Positions 52,400-64,000 of a DNA stretch of 64,000 nucleotides are shown piece after piece (the first letter of the stretch is position 1; each line of letters starts with the position of its first letter). The DNA comes from Ascidiella aspersa (taxonomy: Eukaryota), in assembly GCA_963924565.1 (NCBI GenBank), contig OZ004612.1, forward strand, positions 23,560,001-23,624,000, in the 5' to 3' direction. Below the pieces are notes generated by a model, which did not search any database, was not told the origin of the DNA, and saw only the letters and a list, made by a program, of their open reading frames with translations. A program made the translations under genes and the position numbers.

Positions 52400-54610
52400 G
52401 GTAAAGGTCTCTTTCTCACTAATTTATTAGAATTATTACGAAAACTTTTTCTGTCATTTTGCATAACGTAACAATCGTTCGTTATTTTAGTAGCTTGAAC
52501 CAGTTTAGTAGGACTTTTGCCGTAATTCGATTTTTTTCAAGAATTTATTGATAAGGATCATTGTGACATCAAATGCACAAAGCCGGGCCGTGGCCCAACT
52601 ATTTTTTCTGGCTATTTAAACTATTGTAACGTACATATAGAAATTGTTTGCGCTTTCATTTGGATTTAGGATAAGTCGATCTTTTAGCTCAACATATATA
52701 TTTAGCCTAAAAGGCCCCATGCCGTTCCCACAATGACATTCATTAAATTTTGGCAAATATCAGATGGTTCTCAAGGAAACTAAATTAAACGTATAGCATT
52801 CACGTTGCACGTCTTTTTAATTTTATAAATGCGTCACATTTTAATGAAAGTTTATGGTGTGGGCTAACTTGTGGCCTCATATTTCGACGTAGCCTATATA
52901 ACTTTGTCGGATCAACCTTATTTCATAAAAAAATGCTGGTATCTGTCAAACTGGTGCACAAACCTGGAAACAAAATCTAGAATTACAACGATTTGCTCCA
53001 AGCGCAAAAACATCTATTAAAACATAATTTTCGCTCGTCTTTGGCAACCATTACAGCTTACAAACATATACAGTTTTTATGTTAAAAATTACAAACAATG
53101 CATTAACATGACAAAGGGACGGACATTCATTGCTTAGCAACGAAAGGTTTCATAAGTGGTTAAAAATGGAATTTAAATAGACTGAAATTAAAGCGTTGAA
53201 ATGCTATGAAGAGTTAATGCGGTAAAAAATGAAAGAAGTAGGAATTTTAAAGTTGCCTTTAGTTATTTTAGCGTGTGTTTTGCACGACGGAATCGGAATA
53301 CTGAAAATAAGAAGTCGTACGAAGACAAAGCAGTACAATGTTTAGTACCAAGGCTTTGTTAAGTAATCGGAATAAGGTAAAATATCATGTATTACTAGAA
53401 AATTCGAAAACGCTATCAAACTGTAGCGAACGTTAAGTGTATTTACGTTTTGGTATGTTGTATGGGTGACTATCAGGGGGTCCGTAAAAGACAACTCTTT
53501 TTTGCAGTAAATTCAACTCAAAATAGCAAAATTAATTAAAGCTAGTTCACCAATTTGAATAAACTTTAAGTGACATTTGTTATTACAATCATTTTATTAA
53601 GAGGGTTTGCATGTGATCTGTTTACTCTCATATTATTTATAGTACGGTTCGTGGTGAAAAAAATGTATCTCAGGCAAATAATTTAAAAAAGGTTCTCACT
53701 GTTCGAGCAAAATTAGTTAGATCAAATATGGCTGCCATATCGTAACCACAGGGTAAAACTTTTTTTTTTCACGCGGCATGTCGTTTTATGAACGTTTGTT
53801 ACATTAATAAATATTGTTTTATATAACTTTACGGTTTAATTGTACGCCCTAGCTTTAATATTGGTTTACGGCAAAGTAATAATACTATTGTAACAGATTT
53901 AATATCAATTATCGGAAATATAAAAATCGGCGCTGGTCTAGAATCCTACCATATATTCGTCCGTTCATATTGCTAACTTTATTTGGGTTGGGGTTACAGT
54001 TAGCGTTTGGGTGGGTCAAGTATTATTAATATTTCTGTTGTTACATATTTATGGGTTCCTTGCAATTTTAACTTCGACGCCTCATTGTTCATTACTGTAA
54101 AATTAATGTGGTAAGATTCTGCCAAAAATGTAAATAAAACATAGTGCTGTAAATGTGATGACTTAAGTTACCTTCACTTAAGTCACCGTTTATGACAAGT
54201 ACTTGATTTGGGCAACGGATGACCAAAACTTTCCACTCAGGCAAATTAAAAAAATGGCATTATTACAGCCGCGCAAAATCCAAAATATGGTGGAGTGTGC
54301 TATATTCCTGATCCTCAGGTGTGCATAAAACCTTGAAAGCACAAATTTAGCGCTATACGTGAGATCACGACATGAAACGCAGATTGGGTAAAACATACCT
54401 GAGCATGTCAGGGAAGAGCCACTTCATATTTTAAAGAAACTTGTGTGCTTGACTTTATTCCATAATTTAGAGCGGCCAGGATTTGTGCAAAACAAATTTA
54501 GCGTGAAATCTTGCGCTAAAATTTTCTTATACATTCTGTGTAGGCTAGCATATTTTATGCTAAATGATGTCTTGATGGAGGGTTTTGGCCAGGTATTTAA
54601 TGCAAAATAT

Positions 54611-55312
54611 TAGGGTTGGCAAGCCGGTCAATTGACCGGTCAAATACGGTCAATTGACCGCACTTTATTTAACTGGTCAAATACTCATATTGGATTCAAA
54701 TGTTGTAAATTTTTGTTTTTGTGATTTGAGTTTTTAATAAACTTGATTGTAACTTTTAGAATTCAAATATAAAATGGCAGGGTTTACCTGATGCAAACAC
54801 ATGTTCTGTGCTAATAACAAGTGTTTGTAATAGCCAAGTAGATTTATTTTGTTTAGAATAAATCCAGGTATATGATGAATCACATTTGTCATAAAAGGAA
54901 ATACCAGTCGGGACCTAGAAATTTAGGAGAACCAAATCGCTTGTCTCCAGTGGACCCTGGTGATGATTTAGAAAATTCAGATAGTCGCAAAAGTATTTTT
55001 TAGTGATGCATTTACTTGTTGTTAAATTTCGTTAATGAACTTGTTGGCTTAACTGGTTTTGCTTTGTAAGATGGACATGGTTTTGCAAAAATTCTTATTA
55101 ATTGTCATAAAATTATTGTATTTTGTTTATAAACCACTGTACTTGAGCCAAAACGTTCACATATTTATTTAAAGTTAAAATCAAGGTTTATTTTGAACTT
55201 CAATTGCATTTTGATAGTGTGTATAGTATTTGACCAATATTTGACCTATTTGACGAGTATTTGACCGGTCAATTGACCGGATCTTATTTGACCGGTCAAA
55301 TGCCCAACCCTA
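54611..55312. mobile_element. hAT-like MITE (TAGGGTTGG terminus, ttgaccggtcaa palindromic repeats)
   Basis: Termini tagggttgg / ccaacccta with exact 8-bp TSD CAAAATAT. Confidence 0.88.
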
Positions 55313-55525
55313 CAAAATATATTTTGAGAAGAGACTGGAATACAATCGGGCTTATTGCATAAGATCTTGATTGCATAGCAACGCAACTAAAAACTTGGTG
55401 CTGCACAGCCTTAATCTAGATTGGAAAATTTGGATATTTCGTGTGGCGAGTTTTGAAAGTTAAATAAATTATGCAACTGAATTCAGAAAAAAGCTTAAAA
55501 TTGATAACATGCTAAACCTCAAGTT

Positions 55526-55887
55526 TAGGGATGTTCAAAGTAGAATATCAAATCCTTGGAGTCGAATCCAATTCTGCCGTTTATTTCGGGTAATTGGAAC
55601 CGATATAATTTAATGTTTTACCGCCGATTGTTGCGCCTAATTGTACAAACGCGTGTGGTAAGTTGGCCTGTCACTGCGGCGACCAATTTACAGGGCTTGC
55701 TTTAAATGTAGCCTGGTAGTGCAGTGTCAGCGTTTTTTCGGGCGGCCAATTACCACGTCTCGCAATAACTTTCGTCTAATAATTAAGTGTCAATCAAGCA
55801 TTATTGGGCGAGACTAACATGTAAATGTCTGGTGTGGAGTTCGCAATTGCCCTAAATGCGTAAAGTTGCAAAAGTAATATTACGTTT
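55526..55887. mobile_element. Truncated copy 3 of the 33411/44212 element (left ~360 bp)
   Basis: Begins tagggatgttcaaagtagaat and aligns to copy 1 up to aaaagtaatattacgtt. Confidence 0.88.
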
Positions 55888-56826
55888 TAAATGTAAAAAA
55901 ATGCTTCATAATAGATTAGAAACAAGTAGTTTTTATTTCTGTTTATACGTTTGTAAAGAAAATTTTTTTGTGACTTAAACAACTATATACATAAGGGACT
56001 TACTAAAGTACAAACTGGGGCCTGGGGTAGTACATGTATGCTTTTTTTACTCCCAACAATGTTACATAGATAAGCTGTTTTTGGACAAACTTGTGATGCA
56101 GTGCAAAACCAGATTAAAAATCGCGAAACAATTCTTTGGTTAAATGGGAGAATTTTTTAATATATATTGCTTGAAATAATGATATTAATAATCAAATTTA
56201 ATAGGAATTGGTTACCGAGTTTAGAGTCACACAGTCTGAATAGATTTGCTTAAAACAGAGACAGAATCATAGCAAAACAAGGGCAAATTTGCACGGAGCC
56301 GAAATTTTTTTGCGTTTACTTAATTAAAATAGCCAAAAATATAGTTTAAGCCTTAGATGGAACAGCACGGCCTAGCTCCCTAGTACATCCTCTTCAGGCT
56401 CATGCGAATGTCATATACCTGCCTATTTAACAAGAATGGCGACTGAAACAACATGCTTCGCACTTCCGTAAATGTTTTAAAAATGACACACAACAATATT
56501 AATTCCTGCCAACTGTAGTGCGTAATGTTTCTACATATTCTGCATTTCAAAAATATATGTGAATAAGTAGGTGTAGAAACAACATTTTTTTAAGGATAAA
56601 TGGATCATTTAAAAAAAATTAAAATTTTTTTTGTTTTGAGTAATTTTTTTGCACCAATTTCTTCGGTTTTCTGGCTCATTCTTCGGCCGACATACTGTTT
56701 TTAGAATTTAAATTAAAGCTATAGCTTTTTTTTAAGTAATGTTTTGATAAGTCAGGGGTTCACATTTCAATTTTAAAACTTGTTTTATTTTATGCAGATT
56801 TGTCACTGATATAAACACACAAAAAA

Positions 56827-59800
56827 ATGGCAGATGCATCTGCCAGATCACTGCAATATGAGTACAAGGCAAACTCCAATCTTGTCCTGCAAGCTGACAG
56901 GTCGTTGATTGACAGACGGCCCAGAAATGAACCTTCTGGGGAGGTTCTTTCCCTACAGGGCAAACTGAGCGGAATTGCAATGGGTGACAAAGCTCAAAGA
57001 ACAAAGCCGCCACAAATGGAGGAGAAAAAATCAAAGCGACGTAAGCGAGATGAGGATGAAAAAGGCCAAGGAAACTTGAAAGGAAGAACTCTGCTATCGG
57101 AGGGTGTGGATGAAATGGTGGGAATTGTGTATAAACCCAAGACAAAGGAAACCAGAGAAACCTATGAGATTTTACTCAGCTTTATTCAAGCTGCCATTGG
57201 TGACCAGCCGAGAGACATCCTATGCGGTGCAGCTGACGAGGTAATTTCAGTACTAAAAAATGAGAAACACAGAGACAAAGAAAGAAGGAAGGAAGTCCAA
57301 TCTTTGCTTGGTCCCCTGGAGGACACAAGGTATCATGTCTTGGTCAACTTGGGACGGAAAATTTCCGACTTTGGTATTGACAAAGACGCACAGACCGCTG
57401 ATGACAACATTGATGAAACATACGGCGTTAATGTTCAGTTTGAATCGGATGAAGAAGCTGGGGAGGAAGATATGTACGGAGAAATCCGTGAAGGATCAGA
57501 TGTTGAAGAAGATGAAGAGGAGGGAGTTGAGGCAGATGCAAGCATGGTGGTGTCCGGGAACCTGACTAACCAAGCTGGCGACATTAATATCAGCAAACAC
57601 AAGGATTTGCATCCACGCGATATCGATGCCTTTTGGCTACAGAGAAACCTCAGCAAAGTCTATGACGACGCCATAGTTTCCCAAAGGAAAGCTGAAGAGG
57701 TTTTAGAGATCTTGAAAAGTGCTCCAGATGACCTCAACTGTGAAAATCAACTTGTGCTGCTGCTAGGCTACAACCAGTTTGACTTCATCAAAATTGTTCG
57801 CCAACACCGCGAAATGATCCTATACTGCACCATGTTGGCAGGCGCGCAGAGCGAAGCTGCAAAGCAGCAAATAGAAGAAAAAATGAAATCCAATCCATCT
57901 CTATTAAACATTTTAAAGCAGCTTTACGACACCGAAAAAGATGATATTATCAAAGAGGAACAGGAAAGAAGGGAAAGACTACGAAAAAGCAAAGTCGATG
58001 CTGACTTAGAAGCGATGGATGTTGATCACTCAAAATCTGAAGATGCATTTCAACCAAGCCACGCTGCAGTCGACTTGGAAGACTTGGAGTTCGGCCAGGG
58101 TTCACATTTTATGGCAAACAAAAAGTGTCAGTTACCTGATGGCTCCTACAGAAAACAGTGGAAGGGATATGAAGAGGTCCATGTACCAGCATTGAAACAA
58201 AAGCCGTTTGACGATGGAGAGAAGTTAGTTGGTATTGAATCATTGCCCAAATATGCACAGGCAGCTTTTTCGGGTTTTAAATCTTTGAATCGTGTCCAAA
58301 GTAAGTTGTCCAAAACCTGTTTAGAAAGTGATGAAAATGTTCTGCTGTGTGCTCCAACTGGTGCTGGAAAAACAAATGTGGCATTGCTATGCATGCTAAA
58401 GGAAATCGGCAAGCATATAACCACAGATGGCACAATCAAACTGGACAGCTTCAAAATAATCTACATTGCCCCAATGAAATCACTTGTCCAAGAAATGGTG
58501 GGTAGTTTTGGAAAACGATTAGCCAGCTATGGCATTAAAGTCGCTGAGTTGACTGGGGATCATCAGTTGTGTAAAGAAGAAATTAACGCAACTCAGATTA
58601 TCATCTGCACTCCAGAAAAATGGGATATCATTACGCGGAAAGGTGGAGAGAGAACTTACACCCAACTTGTCCGCTTGATTATCATGGATGAAATTCACAT
58701 GCTGCATGACAGTCGTGGTCCAGTTTTAGAGGCTATTGTTGCTAGAACCATCCGATCGATTGAAACCACACAAGAAGATGTCAGGCTTGTTGGTTTATCT
58801 GCAACGCTGCCAAACTACGAAGATGTTGCCACTTTTCTTCGAGTTGACCCAGCAAAGGGCTTGTTTTACTTTGACAATAGTTTTCGACCAGTTCCCTTGG
58901 AGCAGCAGTATATTGGAATTACAGAGAAAAAAGCACTCAAAAGATTTCAAGTGATGAATGAAATTGTGTACGAGAAAGTTGTTGAAAATGCTGGCAAAAA
59001 TCAAGTTCTTGTTTTTGTGCATTCTCGCAAGGAAACCGGCAAAACAGCCAGAGCAATCCGCGACATGTGTCTGGAAAACGACACTCTCGGAAATTTTCTT
59101 AGGGAAGGTTCCGCCTCCACTGAGGTTTTAAGGACAGAAGCAGAACAGGTGAAAAATCTTGAACTGAAAGACCTTCTTCCATACGGCTTTGCAATCCATC
59201 ATGCTGGAATGACAAGAGTCGACAGAACACTGGTGGAGGACCTGTTTGCAGATAAGCACATCCAAGTTCTTGTGTCAACCTCCACCCTCGCTTGGGGTGT
59301 TAATTTACCAGCACACACAGTAATCATAAAAGGCACGCAAGTGTACAGCCCAGAGAAGGGTAGGTGGGTCGAATTGGGAGCCTTAGATGTACTCCAGATG
59401 ATGGGAAGGGCTGGTCGTCCTCAGTATGACACAAAGGGTGAAGGTGTGTTGATTACTGCCCATAGTGAGCTGCAATATTACCTGTCTTTGCTCAACCAAC
59501 AGCTGCCAGTAGAAAGCCAAATGATATCAAAACTTCCTGATGCCATCAATGCTGAAATTGTGCTTGGTAACATTCAAAGCATTAAAGATGCAGTAAACTG
59601 GCTGGGCTACACTTACCTGTATATTCGTGCCCTGCGGCATCCCTCTCTGTACGGTGTTGAATCACTACAGGATGATGCACTGCTTCAGCAGAGAAGAATC
59701 GACCTTTCTCATTCTGCTGTCAGCATGCTAGCCAAAAACAATCTGGCAAAGTACGATCGGAAAACTGGTCAAATCCAAGTCACTGACCTGGGGCGCATTG

Positions 59801-62800
59801 CCAGTCATTATTACTGCTCAAATGAAAGCATGGCAACTTACAATCAGCTGTTAAAGCCAACCCTAAGTGAGATTGAGCTGTTCCGAGTTTTTTCACTGTC
59901 ATCTGAATTTAAATACATCACAGTGAGGGAGGAAGAAAAGCTTGAACTGAACAAGCTTCTTGAAAAAGTTCCAATACCTGTCAAAGAAAGCATTGAGGAA
60001 TCTTCAGCCAAGGTCAACGTCCTACTTCAGGCCTACATTTCAAATTTGAAGTTAGAAGGATTTGCGCTTATGGCAGATATGGTATATGTAACTCAGAGTG
60101 CTGGAAGGCTGATGAGAGCTATTTTTGAAATTGTACTCTTCAGGGGCTGGGCTCAGCTGGCAGACAAATGCCTTTCTTTGTGCAAGATGATACAGTGCAG
60201 AATGTGGCAATCCATGACACCACTTCGCCAGTTCAAAAGAGTCCCCGAAGAAGTTGTAAAGAAGATTGAAAAGAAGAACTTTCCATGGGAGCGCTTTTAC
60301 GATCTTGGCCACAATGAAATCGGTGAATTGATTCGCATGCCTAAGATGGGCAAGACCTTACACAAATTGGTCCATCAATTCCCCAAAATGGAGCTCTCTG
60401 TTCATGTTCAGCCTATCACCCGCTCTACACTTCGCGTTGAATTGACAATCACACCAGACTTTCAATGGGATGAGAAAGTTCATGGACATTCGCAGGCTTT
60501 TTATATTCTAGTAGAAGACGTGGACAGCGAAGTAATCTTACATCATGAGTACTTCCTTTTAAAATCTAAGTACTCAACCGACGAGCATGTTGTAAACTTT
60601 TTTGTTCCTGTCTTTGAACCACTACCACCACAGTACTTTATACGAATCATATCTGACCGCTGGATATCGTCCGAGACTCAGCTACCTGTATCTTTTAGGC
60701 ATCTGGTTTTGCCTGAAAAATATCCGCCACCAACAGAGCTGCTAGACTTGCAACCACTTCCTGTGACAGCCTTAAGAAATCCAGAGTTCGAAGCTCTCTA
60801 TGAGAACAGTTTCCCCTGTTTCAACCCTATTCAAACCCAGGTTTTCAATGCAATTTACAACGGTGATGAAAACGTTTTTGTAGGTGCCCCAACTGGAAGT
60901 GGCAAAACCATCTGTGCTGAATTTGCCCTTTTCAGGGCATTTACTAAAGATCCTGATTCCCGTTGTGTTTATGTGACACCTGTAGAAGCAATTGCCAGCA
61001 TCGTATACAAGGATTGGCGGGAGAAGTTTGAGGTGCGCCTGGGAAAGCGTGTTGCCCTACTTACCGGCGAAACCAGCACCGATCTGAGGCTAATATCGAG
61101 AGCCTCGATTATTATTGCCACATCAGAGAGATGGGATGTTATTTCACGAAGATGGAAGCAGAGGCGCAATGTTCACAGCGTGTCACTATTCATTGTCGAT
61201 GAAATCCATTTAATTGGAGGCGAAAGTGGTCCTGAACTGGAGGTAGTATGCTCCAGAATGCGCTACATCGCATCACAACTGGAGAAGCAGATCAGGATAA
61301 TTGCACTCGGCTCGTCTCTAGCCAATGCCCGGGATGTTGCCCAATGGTTGGGCTGCTCTGCTATGCACACCTTCAATTTCCATCCGAATGTGAGACCTGT
61401 TCCACTTGAACTCCACATTCAGGGCTTCAACATCACACACACTCAGTCACGATTGCTTAGCATGGCCAAGCCGGTGTACAATGCCATTACAAAGCACTCT
61501 CCAAAGCGTGCTGTCATTGTGTTTGTGCCATCGCGCAAACAGAGCAAACTGACTGCTGTCGACGTCCTCACATATGCAGCTGCTGATGGTGCACCTCAGC
61601 GCTTCCTGCATTGTAACGAATCTGAACTGGGCGCTTACTTAGAGCATGTCAAGGATGCCACTCTTAGGGAAACACTGTCAAATGGTGTTGCATACCTTCA
61701 CGATGGTACTACGCAAATTGAGAAGACGGTAATTGAGCAGCTATTTTCCTCTGGTGCTGTCCAAGTCCTTGTTGCATCACGGAGCCTGTGTTGGGCTCTT
61801 AGCCTTGCCGCTCATCTTGTGATTGTGATGGATACCCAGTACTACAATGGTAAAATCCATGCCTATGTTGACTATCCTGTTACTGATGTGCTGCAAATGA
61901 TCGGAAGAGCCAACAGACCACTGAAGGATGATGAAGGTAAATGTGTTGTGATGTGCCAGACTTCCAAAAAAGACTTTTTCAAGAAGTTTGTCTATGAGCC
62001 TTTGCCAGTTGAATCACATTTAGACCACTGCCTTCACGACCATTTCAATGCAGAAATTGTTACCAAGATCATTGAAAACAAACAGGATGCTGTTGATTAT
62101 CTTACATGGACATTTTTGTACAGAAGAATGAGCCAAAATCCAAACTACTACAACTTGCAGGGAGTATCCCATCGCCATCTTTCCGACAGTCTTTCGGAGC
62201 TAGTGGAAAACACCCTGGCTGACCTGGAGCAATCCAAATGCATTTCAATCGAAGATGAAATGGACATCACACCTTTAAATCTGGCCATGATTGCTGCCTA
62301 CTACTATATCAACTACACCACCATTGAGCTGTTCAGCATGTCTCTTAATGCAAAGACAAAGATCCGTGGTCTGATCGAGATCATAAGCAATGCTGCAGAG
62401 TACGAGGGCATTTCAATTCGACGCCACGAAGACAACACTTTAAGGCAGCTGCTGCCCAAAATCCAATACAAGCCACAGAACATTCGCTTCACCGACCCAC
62501 ACATCAAGACAAACCTTCTTCTACAGGCACATTTATCCAGACTTCAGCTCCCAGCAGAACTGCAATCTGACACTGAACACATTCTAAGCAAGGCGGTTCG
62601 ACTTATTCAGGCTTGCGTTGACGTTCTGTCGTCCAATGGATGGCTGTCACCTGCCCTAGCTGCTATGGAACTTGCCCAGATGGTGACACAAGCTATGTGG
62701 AGCAGAGATTCCTACCTTAAACAGTTGCCGCATTTTGATGCTGACCTGATCAAGAAGTGCACAGACAAGGTGAGTAAATTAATGCTTTACTTTTATATTT

Positions 62801-63907
62801 AAAAAAGAACAAAAAAAAACAGATATTATGTTATGAGCAGAATTTTTAATAACAAGGTTGTTAGTTTCCCAAAGTATCTATAATTAACAAACTAAAAAAA
62901 ACTGTTATGTTTTTTAAATCATGCGCAACTCAAATGATAAGCTGCAATTAAACATGCTTCTGATTTAAATACATTAAATTTGTATAAAATCTTTACATTG
63001 AATTTTGAAAGTTTTAGAAACATACATAATAATTTTATATGACAGGAAATTGAAAGCGTCTTCGATATCCTTGAAATGGAAGACACTGATCGCGAGGAGC
63101 TTTTGAAAATGGGAGAATCACAAATGGCTGATGTTGCAAGGTTGGACTATAGTTTGTTTTTTACTGTAAAACATGCCTGATACAGTTAACTTATGGAATA
63201 TGCTTTGTTAACTTATAGGATATACATTGATATTCTGTGGATTTTTTTTACCTGTATTTTACTCATACTGAATATCTAAAGTTATATCAAATATATTATA
63301 AACCTATTTACATAGTAAAGATCTAAAAAAAATAAGCTGTTCAACCCAGTCGAATATACTCTGTTATTTACATTAAAAAAAATTAAATGCATGCAAAATT
63401 ATTAAAAATATCTTTAATTAAAAAAAGTGATTCCAGGTCGTTTAGCTTTACTGAACGATCGAAAACTACCCATAAATTACGTTATTCAACCTCAAAATTT
63501 GCTCCCACCTCAGGTTCTGCAACAGATACCCCAACATTGAGCTTTCCTACGAAGTACAGGAACCCGACAACCTTCACGCCGGCAAGGCAGTGGTGGTCCA
63601 CGTCGCCCTGGAACGGGAGGACGAAGTGGCCGGACCTGTGATTGCCCCCTACTTCCCCCAAAAGCGAGAAGAAGGCTGGTGGGTGGTGGTCGGCGACCCC
63701 AAAACGAACAGCCTGATTTCCATCAAGCGCCTTACCCTCCAGCAAAAAGCCAAGGTCAAGTTGGACTTCATTCCACCTTTTGCCGGCTCCCATTCCTACA
63801 CGCTTTACTTTATGAGCGACGCTTACATGGGCTGCGACCAGGAGTACAAACTCACAATTAACGTTCGCGAGTCGGAGGGCGAAAGCAGCGCGAGCGATTC
63901 CGACTGA
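56827..63907 (+). CDS. SNRNP200: U5 snRNP 200 kDa helicase (Brr2), ~2143 aa
   Basis: Exons 56827-62769, 63046-63140, 63514-63907 (TGA). N-terminus [16 protein letters not shown], two Ski2-like helicase cassettes ([12 protein letters not shown] and [12 protein letters not shown]), Sec63 units and C-terminus [14 protein letters not shown]. Confidence 0.99.
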
Positions 63908-64000
63908 TGATTGTGTTACGCCAGTGTATTGTGTTTTTTTTTTCAATTTTTGATAAGTTTGAGGAGCAAGGCAGAGTCTGGACCTTTGTTTTCAAAATTT

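Noticed and set aside
51768-52471. ORFs rich in RFGSGS
   Set aside because: They are translations of the GGTTC repeats of a MITE.
57260-63946. Alternate-frame and antisense ORFs overlapping SNRNP200
   Set aside because: They are shadows of the conserved helicase CDS with no independent evidence.

Overview
AT-rich, intron-containing animal genomic DNA, most likely an ascidian/tunicate (inference from compact introns, dense hAT/Merlin-type MITEs, chordate-like genes and mosaic CpG depletion). I assembled six spliced protein-coding genes by hand using GT-AG sites and consistent exon phases. (1) A somatostatin/opioid/galanin-like class A GPCR (-, running off the left edge) with a long Tyr/Asp-rich ECL2. 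(2) A tandem paralog (-) with an intact 335-aa ORF that has lost DRY, NPxxY, the TM2 Asp, the TM6 Pro and nearly all of ECL2. (3) A secreted Reeler-mucin-MAM-like protein (-). (4) GPR137 (+). (5) A type II membrane protein with a Cys-rich module and an SGNH/PC-esterase domain (-). (6) SNRNP200/Brr2 (+), with a 5.9-kb first coding exon. Non-coding DNA holds a 5'-truncated LINE with a 16-bp TSD and roughly twenty MITEs, many with exact 8-bp TSDs. No prokaryotic systems, CRISPR arrays or confident RNA genes were seen. The most interesting items are the canonical/atypical GPCR pair, the Reeler-mucin-MAM architecture and the putative glycan O-acyltransferase.
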